A DNA stretch of 64,000 nucleotides from Felis catus (lineage: Eukaryota). Numbering within the stretch: the first letter of the stretch is position 1; each line of letters begins with the position of its first letter. The notes beneath the pieces are model-generated. The model was not told the origin of the DNA. It worked only from the letters and a program-made list of their open reading frames with translations, and made no database searches. Below, one piece after another: positions 49,930 through 63,474 of the stretch. The stretch covers positions 106,952,001 through 107,016,000 of the forward strand of contig NC_058368.1 of NCBI RefSeq assembly GCF_018350175.1, in the 5' to 3' direction. A program made the position numbers and the translations under genes.

Positions 49930-50288
49930 TAGCTAGAGCACATAGGGATCTGATGTTCGCGGCGGGTTTAGAGGCAAGAAAATGGGAATGAGTGGCACAT
50001 GAAGAGAATTGGTATTTGGTTGTAAAGTACCTGCTTCAGCATAGCTGTCTCAGCCACAGTGATGTAGTGACAGCCACAGTCCCCAGAACTGTGAGTGACA
50101 GCAAGAGTTTCCTGAATTCTGGATTACAGTGTCAGGGTGTGACTCCTAATTCAGAAATTCAGTTACAGCTTCTGCCCCTCTACTTCATCCAATGGGTTTG
50201 TAAAAAAACCTCCCCTTCGGAGTAAATCCTTTGCTGCTTGAAATATCTAGGTGGGTGTCTATTTTCTGCACTGAACTCTGATTGATAG
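49930..50288 (+). mobile_element. ERVL-type LTR 3' part
   Basis: Ends taaatcctttgctgcttgaaatatctaggtgggtgtctattttctgcactgaactctgattgata. Confidence 0.55.
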
Positions 50289-50697
50289 GCCTTTGAATCC
50301 AATACAGAGTTATGACCTATGGCAGCTAATAGCAATATTCTGACAGGTCTTAAGTTTGGAATCCCAGCTCTAACACTTAATGGCTGTGTGATCTCATATC
50401 AGTTTTATTTTTTAATATGCTTCAGTTTTCTTGCCTGTAAATGAGAGTTATAATATTGCCTACCTGCTGTCACCCAGGGGTTTCTTTCTTACTTTTTTTT
50501 TTTTTAGTTAAATGAATGACTATATGTAATTCTATATGTCATTAGAAAATGTCTGGAACATATCTTTACTATTATATAGAACATCACACCCCAAAAATAT
50601 AGCAAATAATTTATTTTAATAAGAAAAAGTCACACAGGAAATCATAAAACTTTATCATTTGTATCAGTCTAGTAATTTAAAAGAAAGGATTTATATT

Positions 50698-50820
50698 AAA
50701 AAAAGTTCATGTTTATTTATCTTGAGAGAGAGAGGGAGAGAAGGAGCAGGGGAGGGGCAGAGAGAGAGGAAGAGAGAATCCCGAGCAGACTCTGCACTGA
50801 ATGAGCCAACCAGGTGCTCC
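50698..50820 (-). mobile_element. Internally deleted Can-SINE
   Basis: TSD aaaagaaaggatttata. Confidence 0.85.
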
Positions 50821-51029
50821 AAAAGAAAGGATTTATAAAATAAATAAACGTTGAAAAAAAAAATTCAAAAGAAAGGACTTATATTTCAAAAGGAGACAAT
50901 TTTAACATAAGTAATTTTTTTGTCTAGTTAACTGAAAAGGCAGAGAAGAACAGTATCATAAGGAGGCAGCTCTCACCCCTAGCTTTAGGAAAACAAAGTG
51001 AAGACATGGAGATTAATTAAAATTAGAGA

Positions 51030-51460
51030 CTTGGAGGGCCCCCACAGAGCTGGAACCCTGGTCTCTGAGGAAGGCATGCCTGGCTTTGCAAGAGTCTCTA
51101 CAGGCAGTATGTTGAGGCTGATTCTAAAAGTATTGGGGAAAATATAAAATGGATGCAAACACTGCTGCAGACTGGGACACACTTCCTTTGTTGGAAATGT
51201 TTTTAAAGAGCAAAGACAAGATGATGCTTATAAGGAGCAGGAAGCAAACAGGAAGCAAGCACAAGGCAACCGGATGGACCAAGTTTCTTTTCTGTGTCCT
51301 AAAGCTCTGACTGTCTCTCTCTAGTGCCAGATACCAGCTAGACAAGAGGAAGCCAGCCCACAGCAGCGATGTGATGTGGAAACTTTCAGCCATAATATCT
51401 CAAAATGAATATGGAAGGATAGGTATGGAGCTGACAGAGAATAGATTAATCAATGACTAG
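51030..51460. mobile_element. LTR41-like ERVL LTR
   Basis: gaagcaaacaggaagcaa...ctctctagtgcc...ggaagccagc...ggagctgacagagaatagattaat resembles recalled LTR41. Confidence 0.55.
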
Positions 51461-51729
51461 TGAATCTACCTAAACTACTCAGCATCCGTATTTAAACTTG
51501 AGGTAGGAAATTGAAATTCCCTATTTCTCCCCAACACAATGTAACTATCCTTCATACAGATGGAGATGCACTTGAGCTTTCCCAAACGAGAAGGGAAGCA
51601 AAATTCCAACACCCATTGTCCTCATCTCTGGAAGACAGCTGCACTGTCCCTTTCTGTGCTATGTTAATTAGTCATGAAATTCACTCATGGGTCCAACTAA
51701 CTATTGTATTACTTAAAGACAATTTTATC

Positions 51730-51938
51730 TTTTTTTAAGTTTATTTAGTTGGAGAGGGAGAGGGAGGGAGAGCACAAGTGGGGGAGGAACAGAGAGAGAG
51801 AGAATCCCAAGAAGGCTCAGCACCTTCAGCACAGACCCTGTGAGTTTGATGTGGGGCTCAAACTCGCGAACTGTGAGATCATGACCTGAGCCGAAGTCAA
51901 GAGTCAGATACTTAACCAACGAGCCACCCAGGCGCCCC
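51730..51938 (-). mobile_element. Can-SINE
   Basis: TSD gtattacttaaagacaa. Confidence 0.93.
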
Positions 51939-52045
51939 GTATTACTTAAAGACAACCGTTACACAAAATTTTTATACAATACTAAAGAGAAGGAGGAGAT
52001 AGTGCCATGGGGAGAATCCTCTCAAAGGGAAAAAGGCACATTGCT

Positions 52046-52047
<2 letters not shown>

Positions 52048-52131
<84 letters not shown>
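52048..52131. repeat. (TA)n followed by polyT
   Basis: Visible run. Confidence 0.95.
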
Positions 52132-52135
<4 letters not shown>

Positions 52136-52923
52136 CTTATTACAAAAAGAGTCATGATGTTTGGTAGGCTTTTTCATTTTTGCAGGCAACATTCTACCCA
52201 TCTGAACATCTTTCTTGAATTTGCTCACCAAGTAAAATGACATTTTTGGATCTGACAGTTATTTGTGTTGAAAATAATATTTTAAAAATGGGTTATAATT
52301 GAGTATATTTTACCTAGCATTTTCTAGAGTGTAAGGAGATAGTTACATTTCCAAAATTGTCAGATCATTCTAGCATCTCTCATACATTCTCCAAATATGC
52401 TCACTTTCTTCTCTTCCTATTTTTATACAGTTAATTTTTTATCCAATAAACATTATTTTCCATACCCTTCCATGAACCTTCATGATGTCTAAACATATTT
52501 AACTTGATACTGTTACTGATCATAACAATGTGTGTTTGATCTTTCAGTACTTCTGAATAAAGGAACACTTGGCTTCTTCTAATTGAAATGTAAATAATGG
52601 ATATTTAAATACATTAGTGTATTATTATCCCTTTTTAAATTCCTTTTATGCACCTCTTCTCCCTTCATCATCTACAGGCATTTTTTTTCACGACAGATTT
52701 TAATTGTTATATGAAGGATGCCAACAGGAAGATGGAGTCACCATTTAGCATTTGATGTCAAAATGGGATTTTTGAGTCAATAACATAAAAATAAACTTGA
52801 AAGACAAGTTTGTTGAGAAGAGGATTTCATTAACGTATCTGGGGCCAAGCTAGATCATAGGATTTTATCATAAGCCAAGAATAGAACAAAATCAGAATAA
52901 GGCGGGGGCAGTTCTTGTCATAC

Positions 52924-52927
<4 letters not shown>

Positions 52928-52975
<48 letters not shown>
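52928..52975. repeat. (GA)n
   Basis: Visible run. Confidence 0.95.
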
Positions 52976-52978
<3 letters not shown>

Positions 52979-54151
52979 CACCATGCCTGATTGACCTTGA
53001 ATGGGGGGAAGAAGGCCACAGCCATCATGGAAGTAAAGGTCTGTATCCTGTGTTCTATGTCCTCACGTCCCCTTTTCCAGACTAGTGGTCCAAGCATCAT
53101 GGGGGGTATGTATTAGACATGTTCTGGAGAAAGTAGGAAACAGAATAACTTTCACCATGTTTTCTATTCAGAACCTTGGTATAACACACACCAGCTGACC
53201 CTTCTCCACCATAAGGGGAAATAAGGCGATTGGTAGAGAGCTGAGTGCAAAGAGCTAAGGTACCTTTACTGGCTATGCATAACAAAGGCTGATACAAGGA
53301 TCTCACAGGACTAGGAAAGCCATGCCCCATGCCTTAAGGACCGCCATGTTTTCCCCTATATCCTGATGTCATTTTCAAGAGGAAAGCAAAAGAAAGAAAG
53401 ATCCCTGTGGTAATTTTAACTATGGATTGAGAGAATGTTAATGCAGTACAGATTTTTAATTGAAAGACACTGTGCAAAACAAAAAATAATAAGCTATTGT
53501 TAAAATTTCCCTCCAATCCCAATGCCTGTTGTCCCTTGTGGATAGTTTAGAAGAGCTACAGATAATAATGGATGCTTGCATTCTTTGGACATCTGTGTAG
53601 TGTATGTGTGAATTTAATTTCACAATAATTATCTATTGATTTAAAAGAGCTTGGTGATAAGGGCTCTAGGCACATAATTACATATAATCTAAGTCACAGG
53701 CATTTTGGAGACAGAACTCCAAATAGATAAATGTGGGGATTATACTGTTTAAATATTTCTTTAAACTATTTGGCAATGTTGATATTATATAGCAAGAAAC
53801 GATTAGTTATAATAATAGTCAAATAGGTTCACTCATGTAAAAGTGTACAATTTTCAATCTTTTGTGATATTTGAGGCTATTTCTACTCAAGAGCATTCTT
53901 ATTGGATTTACTTCAGAGAAAAACCAATAAAAATTACTTTATTATTTGTAAAAGACCACTATTCACAGAATAAATGGTTGCATTTATAAGTTATCAGCTA
54001 TGAAAAAATCTGTTCTAGTTCGAAAGTCTGAGGATTTATTCTATTTTTTTTTACATTGTTTTATTTTTCATCCAGCTTACATAGTTACATCTTGATTTAA
54101 GCCTAGGCATTGACTAGCTATATTTAAAATGAGACAACATTATAAATGGGA

Positions 54152-54361
54152 TTTTTTTTTAATGTTTATTTATTTTTGAGAGAGAAAAAGAGAGCATGAG
54201 CTGGGGAGGGTAAGAGAGAGAAGGAGACAAAGAATCCAAAGCAGGCTCTGGGCTCCAAGCTCTCAGCACAGAGCCCGAAGCAGGCCTCAAAATCAGGAAC
54301 TGTGAGATCATGACCCGAGCTGAAGTCGGATGCTTAACTGACTGAGCCACCCAGGTGCCCC
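54152..54361 (-). mobile_element. Can-SINE
   Basis: SINE body. Confidence 0.92.
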
Positions 54362-54929
54362 AAAATGAGACATTGTAATATAAACTATCATTTTATATAA
54401 TAATTGCTGCCATATAATTTATTTTCCTTTTTTAATACAGAATAATTTGATTTTAATGAGTTATCATTTTATTTGCTTCATACAATAATTAAAAGCCTCA
54501 GACTGGAACCACATTCTATTAAATATCTGTTACAACACATCTGTAGAAATGTCTGCTCTATGTGTATAAAATTCTCAGGAAACTGGAAACTTAATATTCA
54601 AGTTTTATGTAATTCTGTTAAGACCACTCTTAGAAAAAACATTAAGGAAAATTTATGACTAAGGTACTGAAGTAGCTAACAAAAATTCTGCCAGTTTAGA
54701 ATATCTGCTGGTTTGGTGCTATCCATAGAGTTTTTGTTTTAACGCCAGAATCAAAGATTCCTTTTAAAAAATAAAATAAATAGTATGTCTGGGCCACTGG
54801 TTGGCAACTTTTGATTCATGGATTTTGTGCTGCTGGTGTCATCAAATGTAAGAATTTATGTCTTCACTTTTTTTTATGTTCCAATTTTTGCTAAGTATTT
54901 CTTCACGCTTCTTTGAGTTCCATTTAATT

Positions 54930-55150
54930 TATTACTTTTTTAATGTTTATTTTTGAGAGAGAGAGAGAGAGAGAGACAGAGAGCATGAACAGGGGAGGGG
55001 AAGAGAGAGAGGGAGACAGAGAATCTGAAGCGAGCTCCAGGCTCCGAGCGTCAGCACAGAGCCTGATGCGGGGCTTGAACCCACAAACCGTGAGATCATG
55101 ACCTGAGCCGGAGCCAGATGCTCAACCCACTGAGCCACCAAGGCGCCCCC
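54930..55150 (-). mobile_element. Can-SINE
   Basis: TSD agttccatttaattt. Confidence 0.93.
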
Positions 55151-55309
55151 TAGTTCCATTTAATTTCAACGTATTATTTTATCTCTACCTTTGCTTTGCT
55201 TCGCTATTGTTTTTCCATTTCTGTACTATTACTTGGTTGTTTGGAATGGATCTATTCCCAAACAGGTATTTTGTTTTCTGTGTGTACACTATTTAATATG
55301 AGAATAACA

Positions 55310-55545
55310 ATTTGCATTTATCGAGGACTTATCATAGGCCAGGTGTTGTACTATAACACACACACGCACGCATGCACACACAATCTCAATTAATATTCTC
55401 CACTTAAAGAGGCTGGTATTACTATTACCTTTATTACAGAAGAGGAAGCTAAGGCATACACACAGAAAAAGAGTAAAGTAACTTGTCCAAGGTCACAAAG
55501 CTAGCAAGTGAAAGAGGTGAGGTTTCATGCCTTGTGGTCTGACTT
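55310..55545 (-). mobile_element. MIR relic
   Basis: ttacagaagaggaagctaaggc...aagtaacttgtccaaggtcacaaagctagcaagtg. Confidence 0.75.
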
Positions 55546-55574
55546 TGAAGAACAGTTAACAGTATTCTAGTGAA

Positions 55575-55762
55575 GGGGCACCTGGGTGGCTCAGCTGCTT
55601 AAGCATCTGACTCTTGGTTTTGGCTCAGGTCTTGATCTCACAAATTCATGAGTTCAAGCTCCCACATCAAGCAGTATGGAGTCTGCTTGGGATTCTTTCT
55701 CTCTTTCCCTCTCTCTGTCTCTCTCTCTCTCAAAATAAATAAAAATAAACATTAAAAAAAAA
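55575..55762 (+). mobile_element. Can-SINE
   Basis: TSD aacagtattctagtgaa. Confidence 0.93.
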
Positions 55763-56134
55763 CAGTATTCTAGTGAAAATTCTATTGTGATGGAAATTTA
55801 TCAGAAACTAGCTTATAAAAGATGGCATAAAATGCATCATCTATATGAAAAATCCAGGAGTGTATTTCCAAACACACTGGATTTAGATACTTAACTAACC
55901 AACAGGGTCTCTCTTGTCACCCTTTGGCTTCATTCTCTTCCCTCTCAGACTGCCTCCATGTGACTAGAAAAATGGCCACTGGTGGCTGTAGTCTCATTGG
56001 CCTTGGCAGCCAGAGATCCTAGAGAAATGAGAGCATCTTTCCTGGTACTTCTGGCAATAATCCTAGGGAGGGTTATGATTAGCATTGTTTGGGTCACATG
56101 CTTAAAGGTGAATTGTGGTCAGGATATTTAAAAA

Positions 56135-56342
56135 GTTTTTTTTTTTTTATCTTTATTTTTTTTGAAAGAGAGACATAGTGTGAATAGGGGAGGAGCAGAG
56201 AAGGAGACACAGAATCTGAAGCAGCCCCCAGGCTCTGAACTGTCAGCACAGAGCCAGACGTGGGGCTTGAACTCACGAACCACAAGATCATGACCTGAGC
56301 TGAAGTCAGATGTTCAGCTGACTGAGCCACCCAGGCATCCCA
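56135..56342 (-). mobile_element. Can-SINE
   Basis: TSD gaattgtggtcaggat. Confidence 0.93.
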
Positions 56343-58419
56343 GAATTGTGGTCAGGATTTTTAAAGACAGCTGTGAACAATAGTCAGCCCTATCTAAACC
56401 ATAAAGACTGAACAGGATTACTGCAGAAGAAGGGTTCGATAGGGACTAAAGAAGGATATTGGGCAGGCCAAAAAAACAAAAACAAAAACATTCAACATCC
56501 ATTAATACACACTGGCATTAGACTTCGTGAATTACTAAATATACAAAACACAATGACACTACATAAAACTTTAGAAAAATACCGTTATCTTCATTTTTTT
56601 CAGATAACAAAAACAAAGACTGATACAACTTGGCCAAGTTCACATCATGTGTAAGTTATCACACCTTTTATAGATAATTATGTATCCAAATGCATTGCTA
56701 CCTAGGGGAAAAACCTTACAGAATTCAAAGCCTAGACCTAAACATTAAGGCATCAATCTCAGTATCAATTTTTTTAAAGATTAAATATATGTAAATGGAT
56801 GAAATTAGACATCAGTCTGATTTAGTCCTTCAGGATTTGATGATAATTAATTTTTAAAAAAATATTCTAATGCCTTATGCATCTTTTTACTTGCATTTCC
56901 TGAGGGTATAGAATCAGAATGGAAAATTTGCTTCAGCTTTTTTCACTTTCTTTAGTTGAATGAATGTGATTGGTTGAAACCATACTGAATAAAACAGGTT
57001 CAGAAGTTATAAGAACTTGAAGCAACAGCAAGTACCTGATTAACAGTCTATGTAAAGCAGAAGTGTCATCAGGGAAAGGAACTTATTAATGTTTGTAAAG
57101 GTCATTATTGCCTAAGGAAGGGGGAATGACATTTCATATGCATCTCTATCCCCAGTGTACATGCATTTCATATTTCTTTATTTTTTTAGTCATCTTAAGT
57201 CCATCTCTAAGCCTCCATTTGCAGTAGATATTAAGAAATTAAATCTAAGACATTACTAGGTTCTGCCCCCTACGTGTGGGTGTCTAAAATGTAAAGGTTG
57301 TGCGCATCATCAAGTATCTCTGTTCCCCTGGAAGCCTCCCCTTGTCGAGGTTGAAACCATTGTGTCTAGGGTCCAGGCTCTGCGGAGGCTGCTACTTAAG
57401 AGGAGTCAAAGGACCCATAAATTTTGGTCCCTTTGACACATTGTGGAAATATCATCTCTCCCTATTTGGCCTTGATGGCTTTCCTCTCTTCTACCCTCTC
57501 TCCTCATCTGCTGGGACAGCCAAAATGATCTCACCCATGAGCAAGTACTTCTGTAAAAAATAGGAATGGCTATTGTCCGTAAGATGATTCTACTTCAAGC
57601 TCTGCAGAAAGTCCAGAAACAAGGAAACACAAACTGCCTGGCTCCCAACTTGAAATAAGAGTAAGAGGAAGAAATAGAAGACAAACACCAACTATTGTCT
57701 TAAAAATGCTGTTCTATCATGTGTATATCACCAGGATCTACAGCTTGAATTATATACAGGTTCATCAGTATTGCACCTCTGAAATCATGTGGCATATGAC
57801 AAGAAAGTCTCATTACCTCAAGCCACCTGGAAGTGTGGCTAATCAACCACGTCTCAGCTCCTGTGAGTTGGTGATTATACCTGAAATGGATGCCAGCAGG
57901 ATCCATAAACAGCAGCTAGATGAAGGAATGAGGAGATTCCATTAGTGGGGTAAGCGGAATAAATATTTTAAAACCGTTGGAGAAGAGTTTAAGAGGTCAG
58001 ACAAAAATACCTACAGCTGGAAAGTGAGTCTACCATCTATTCTGAAACTGAAGGATATATAGAATTTTTGGTTTAGGGAGTCTTTAAACTCATCTAACTC
58101 AGAAATCATCATGTAGATTCTGTGGGTCCATGGAGGGGCTTAAAGTTTTCTGGAAATGTTTGATTGGTATTCCATTTATAAATAGTGGGGGTTTTTTCTT
58201 CTTGTTTTTTTGTTTTTTGTTTTTTGGGTTTTTTTTTTTTTGCTATCTGTAACACTGTAATAAAAATAGAAAGTAAACTTAAATATTAAATATATTGTGT
58301 AAATATACTTAAATATATTGTGAAGGGATACCAAATGGGTGTGTAAAATACAACTTAACTTGAGATCCTGACTTTCACATAAGATGGGACTCCACGGGGC
58401 CCATCCTGGAGTAATATCT

Positions 58420-58965
58420 GTTAAACCCAGGTGATGCTACACCCCTCCTCTGTTCAACATCTACACTGGCTTCCCACTGTACTCTAGGGGCCTAACCCAG
58501 TCCCACAGGTGCTTCAGGACACACCCCTTACCTTGCCAACCTCGTTTCTCACCACGTTTTCTTTGCTCACATATTAGCCTCCTTGCTGCTCCTAGAAAGT
58601 ATCACCCTTGCTCCTATCTGCCTGCAATGTTCTTTCCATAGGCACCACTGTATTTTGCTTCCTCGCCTCCTTCAAGAGTTTGCTGATATGCCATCTTGTG
58701 AACGAGACCCTTCCTGACCACTGTATTTAAAAATTGACTCCCTGTCTCTAAGCCTCTAATCCTCTTCTCTTACTCATGTATTCATATATTTTCTCACCAT
58801 CTTACACACTGTGCAATTCAGTGTTGTGTTTTATTTTACTGTCTGGCATCCCCCACTAGTGTGCAAGCTCTCCAAGGCAAGGACAAGGGAATTTGGTTTG
58901 CTTTATTATACCTAGAACCTCACCACATCGAAGGTGCTTAGTAAATCATGTTGAATAAACGAATA
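58420..58965 (+). mobile_element. L2 3' relic
   Basis: ctggcttcccactgtact...ccactagtgtgcaagctctccaaggca...gtgcttagtaaatcatgttgaataaacgaat. Confidence 0.8.
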
Positions 58966-59184
58966 CAGGGCTAGATGATCAGTGGAATAAAAGATCAAAT
59001 GCCACCTCAGAAAGGCCAGAGTAAGTGATCAAATTTTCTTTATACATTTGTATCTGTGTTTGTGTATTGTAACACTGAATGTGTTAAAATATATATTGAC
59101 ACTTTTATCTCTTATTCCAAATCGTTATTGCAGTTTGTCTTATACACACACAGGTGCCCATGCATTTATTGATCACTTGCTTAA

Positions 59185-59186
<2 letters not shown>

Positions 59187-59224
<38 letters not shown>
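59187..59224. repeat. (CA)n
   Basis: Visible run. Confidence 0.95.
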
Positions 59225-59226
<2 letters not shown>

Positions 59227-59744
59227 ATCATATTCAAATATAGGCTATATTTGTTAAGCACCTTCTGTGGTCCAAACCTTATACTGGGATTCTTCATCTC
59301 GTTTAACTCAATTGATCTGCAAAACAACTTACAAAGCTATTAAGGTATTTCAATAGAAGTTAAACCCTGAAAGCAAGAGAAAGAGGGATTTTAGAATTCT
59401 CCACCTACCTTCTAGTCACTGCAAGGATTTGACAGGTTATCATAAAGGTAGAAAGTCCACATATTTGAGTAGACTCTTCCTTATTCTAATTCAACAGTCC
59501 TCAAACTGAAATGGCATTAAATACATCACACAGGGATATATATGGAAGATCATGTATAATCTACTTCATAGGCAAATAGGGATTATAAAGAGTAATTTTT
59601 ACTCAACCTGATTTTTAGCTTATTTTCTAATTTAACCTGTTAAAAATGTCACTTCAGTTTTGTCTTAACATGAACCTCATTGTGATTGCAAGTTACCTGG
59701 TTTCTTTTTGCCTGAACTTCAGAATACAGCTTCAACTGTCATAT

Positions 59745-59954
59745 ATATTTTTTAACTTTATTTATTTTTGATAGAGAGAGAGCAAGAGTGAGCTAGGGAG
59801 GGGCAGAGAAAGAGGGAGACACAGAATCTGAAGCAGGCTCCAGACTCCGAGCTGTCAGCACAGAGCCCGAAGCAGGGCTCCAGCTCCCGAACTGTGAGAT
59901 CATGACCTGGGCCGAAGTCGGACGCTTAAACCGACTGAGGCACCCAGGCGCCCC
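59745..59954 (-). mobile_element. Can-SINE
   Basis: TSD tcaactgtcatat. Confidence 0.93.
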
Positions 59955-60705
59955 TCAACTGTCATATGTGTGCACATACCTAAACATTTTGTTAAGCAAC
60001 GCTGGAACAAGAAGGTTGTTGTTCTTCTCCACTCTCTTTAAAATTCAGACTTGCTTGTGTCCGCTCACATAAAATCACAGCAGCAAACTCATCTGTTCTG
60101 TGTCTGCTCTTCACAGCATGGTTGTCAGCAATACAAGGACAAGAAAACACTGCAAGTGTTAGAATATATAGACAGCTTTATCTCCCATTCCAAATTGTTG
60201 GTGCTTCTGTCTGATTGCTGTATTTTGATTATGAGAGCTTTTTTTATTCTTTTTTGATATTGTAAGTAAAAATCAAAACCCCCTACTTCTCTTTTAAGAA
60301 TTTGGATCAGTTTAATTTCAGAGTGTCCTGAGATTGCAAGGTGAACTGTTAAAAAATTGCTACTATTAATAACCACTTATCTGCTTGAAACAGGATTTTA
60401 TTTTTGAAATCATCTAACGAAAACTCCACAGGAATGAATTGTAGGCTGAATTCTCTCTAAGACTAATTGTCATCTACAGTCTCCAATGTCAAAGTTGTTG
60501 TTCCTTCCTTGAGTCTATCATACTCATCAAAGCAGCATCATTGTCCCTGATTGAATTTTTCAGCAAGCAATTATTACAAATTTTAAATTAATTTAAATAA
60601 ATATACACTTGTTTGTTTTAAGCAAAGGGTTTTAGAATAAGATTTTCTCTCTCTCTCTCTTTAAGGTTCTGCTACTCAAAATAGTTTAAAATTCACTGCT
60701 GTCGC

Positions 60706-60916
60706 CAAGGGGTTGGTAAACATTGTCTGAAAGGGCCAAATACTAAATATTTATTTTTTTCAAGCCAAGAGGCAAAACTGAGGATATGATGTACTTATAT
60801 AATTTTTAAAATGTAAAACCATTTTTAAAGTTCAAGAATCATTCTTAATTTTGAAGCCACCAAACCAAGGTGGTGGGCTGGATTGGGGCCTGTGGGCTGT
60901 AGTTTGCCAACCTCTG
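60706..60916. mobile_element. MER58-family hAT-Charlie element
   Basis: TIRs caaggggttggtaaac ... gtttgccaacctctg; gggctggattggggcctgtgggctgtag. Confidence 0.8.
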
Positions 60917-61126
60917 TGCTGGCCCAACATCATTCTTTTTGTAGGTCAAGAAATACTTAGCAGAAGTGAATGTTCTATGGAAGGTTTATAGACGCTGTAG
61001 CAGCATTGAGAGCAGAGCGTGAACTGCACTGTGGGCCTCTCGGTGTCTGACATTGCTGGATTGATTGTTAATGAAAACTTAACAAGAAAAGAGGCCCAGA
61101 TGTAAACATCCAAAGACCCTAGACCA

Positions 61127-61344
61127 GGGGCACCTGGGTGGCTCAGGCGGTTAGGTGACCAACTCTTGATTTTGGCTCCGGTCATTATCTCATGGTCCAC
61201 GAGGTCAAGGCCCATACTGGGCTCTGCGCTGACAGCTCAGAGCCTGCTTGGGATTCTCCCTCTTTCTTCTGCTTGTGCTCATATGTTCTTTCTCTCTCTC
61301 AAATAAACTTAAGAACCAAAAAAAAAAAAAAAAAAAAAAAAAAA
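61127..61344 (+). mobile_element. Can-SINE
   Basis: SINE head and long A-tail. Confidence 0.92.
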
Positions 61345-62280
61345 GGCCCCACACCACAGGTAAAGCCAAAACCACATGGAATATGACCACATTAAAAAAC
61401 AAACAAATAAACACGTTTAGCAGGTTTTTTTCTTCCCCATATTGAACCCTACTTTTGTATCCAAAGGAAAATTTCTTGTACTTCTTGTATAATTTCCTAT
61501 GTAATAAGTCAGAAATTCCAGATGTCTAGGAATTATATATGCATATATAAAAATTTAACTCCTACTCTTACAATGCCAATTTAATGAATAAAAAAGTAAA
61601 AAATACACAAAACATAAATATAGAAAAATACAGCATCTTTTTCTTCTCAGAGCCACAACTTTATGTCCTGATGTGTAGATTAGAATATTAGTGATGACTA
61701 AAGATGAAATAGCAGGAAATGAGATTGTATCTGGTAGGAATGAGATTCTGTTTTGGATTATTTCTATCAGTTTTACTGAGCAAGACCTTCTCAGAAACTG
61801 AGTATAGACATCTTTAATGTTCAATCATCTTTTAAAACCTCTGGGTCATCAAAAATTTAAGATAAAAAAAGATTGTACCATCAGATAAGTTTTCTCCTCA
61901 CAGAAGTATTCCATTTAACAAAGGAAGAAACAATGGTGAATTCGAATTATTACCATGTAACTTCTAATGAATTAACAAATGTAGGAATTCATTATTAATA
62001 GCAGCTTATGTCAGAAACAGAGACAAATATTTTGTGTCTCTTACTGAAAGCACACAATATCATCTATTGAGTAGTTTTGTTAAAAAACAAACAAAAAACA
62101 CAAACAACAACAACAACAAAAAACCAACCCTGAACTTGTATCTGGAAATTCTCTAGGTCCTAATGCCAATTCACAAATTCACAGGACATACAGAAGACAG
62201 AGAAGCATGTGAAATGACACTGCAGGAATGGAATCTGCAGAATTCAGATGGTAGCAAACCCCATAGGACAAATGATCCAC

Positions 62281-62481
62281 TTTTTTAAAAAGTTTATTTA
62301 TTTATTTTGAGTGAGAGCGAGAGAGCCGGGGAGGAGCAGAGAGAGAGGGAGACAGAACACCACACAGACTCTGTGCTGTCAGCACAGAGCCCGACATGGG
62401 CTGGATCTTGTGAACCGTGACATCATGACCTGACCCAAAATCAAGAGTTGGACACTTAACCGACTGAGTCACCCAGATGCC
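62281..62481 (-). mobile_element. Can-SINE
   Basis: SINE body. Confidence 0.9.
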
Positions 62482-62745
62482 ACAATCTACTTTTTTTTAA
62501 AAAAAACAAATATAATACAAGGAAAATAAGGCAGAACTTATTAAAGAAGCTTGAGAGACATATAAAACAATACTGATAATAAAAAATAGAAGTATAAATT
62601 CATAAGACAATTATGCAATTCATAAGACAAATTGTAAAACACATGGAATTGATGTGACTGTTGACAGTTTGAATGATTATTTGATATTTGATAATATTAA
62701 GGAATAATTATCGAATTCATATAAGGTGATGACATTTAAAAAAAA

Positions 62746-62955
62746 ATTTTTTTTAATGTTTATTTTTGAGACAGAGAGAGACAGAGCATGAACGGGGGAG
62801 GGTCAGAGGGAGAGAGAGGGAGACACAATCTGAAACAGGCTCCAGGCTCTGAGCTGTCAGCACAGAGCCCGATGCGGGGCTTGAACTCACGAACCGTGAG
62901 ATCATGACCTGAGCCGAAGTCGGACGCTCAACCAACTGAGCCACCCAGGCGCCCC
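62746..62955 (-). mobile_element. Feline SINE
   Basis: TSD ggtgatgacattt. Confidence 0.94.
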
Positions 62956-63474
62956 GGTGATGACATTTTTATAGTTTTCAGTTTTTAGAGCTACATATTA
63001 AAATATTAATGGATAAATGATGTCTGTAGTTTGCTTTAAAAAATTCCAGCAGGAGTTAAGTGGTCAAGGACATACATAAAACAAGACTGGTTATGAGCTA
63101 AGTGTTGAAGCTGGATGATGGGTTCAGGAGGTTCCAGTACATGTACTTTGTATATGCTTGAAATTTTGCATTGCAAAATGTTTTTAAAAGATAGCCAAAG
63201 GGAATTCTCAAAACCAACTAAAATGGTCATAGTGGCCCTCCACCAAGAATTCTAGTAATTCAAAAGGGGATAGTAATAGGAAAACATCAACAACTCCAAT
63301 AGCCCCATAAGAAGATTTTTTATATAAGACACATTCATCAATGAATAGAAATCCGAATTTGCAAGGCACGCTTTTTGAAAATATTACTTTATGTAGTAAA
63401 TGTTACTTACATGGTTTGTATCTAATGTAATACAGAAAGTTCAGAAGTATGGCATTGGGAATGAGTATCACTTT

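Larger units (their letters stand above)
61850..63190 (+). mobile_element. Old L1M 3'UTR fragments interrupted by SINEs
   Basis: ggataaatgatgtctgtagtttgctttaaaa, gttgaagctggatgatgggttcaggagg, gcttgaaattttgcatt. Confidence 0.6.

Noticed and set aside
51315..51345. CTCF site usually carried by LTR41
   Set aside because: The motif position is degenerate here (ctagtgccagatacc).
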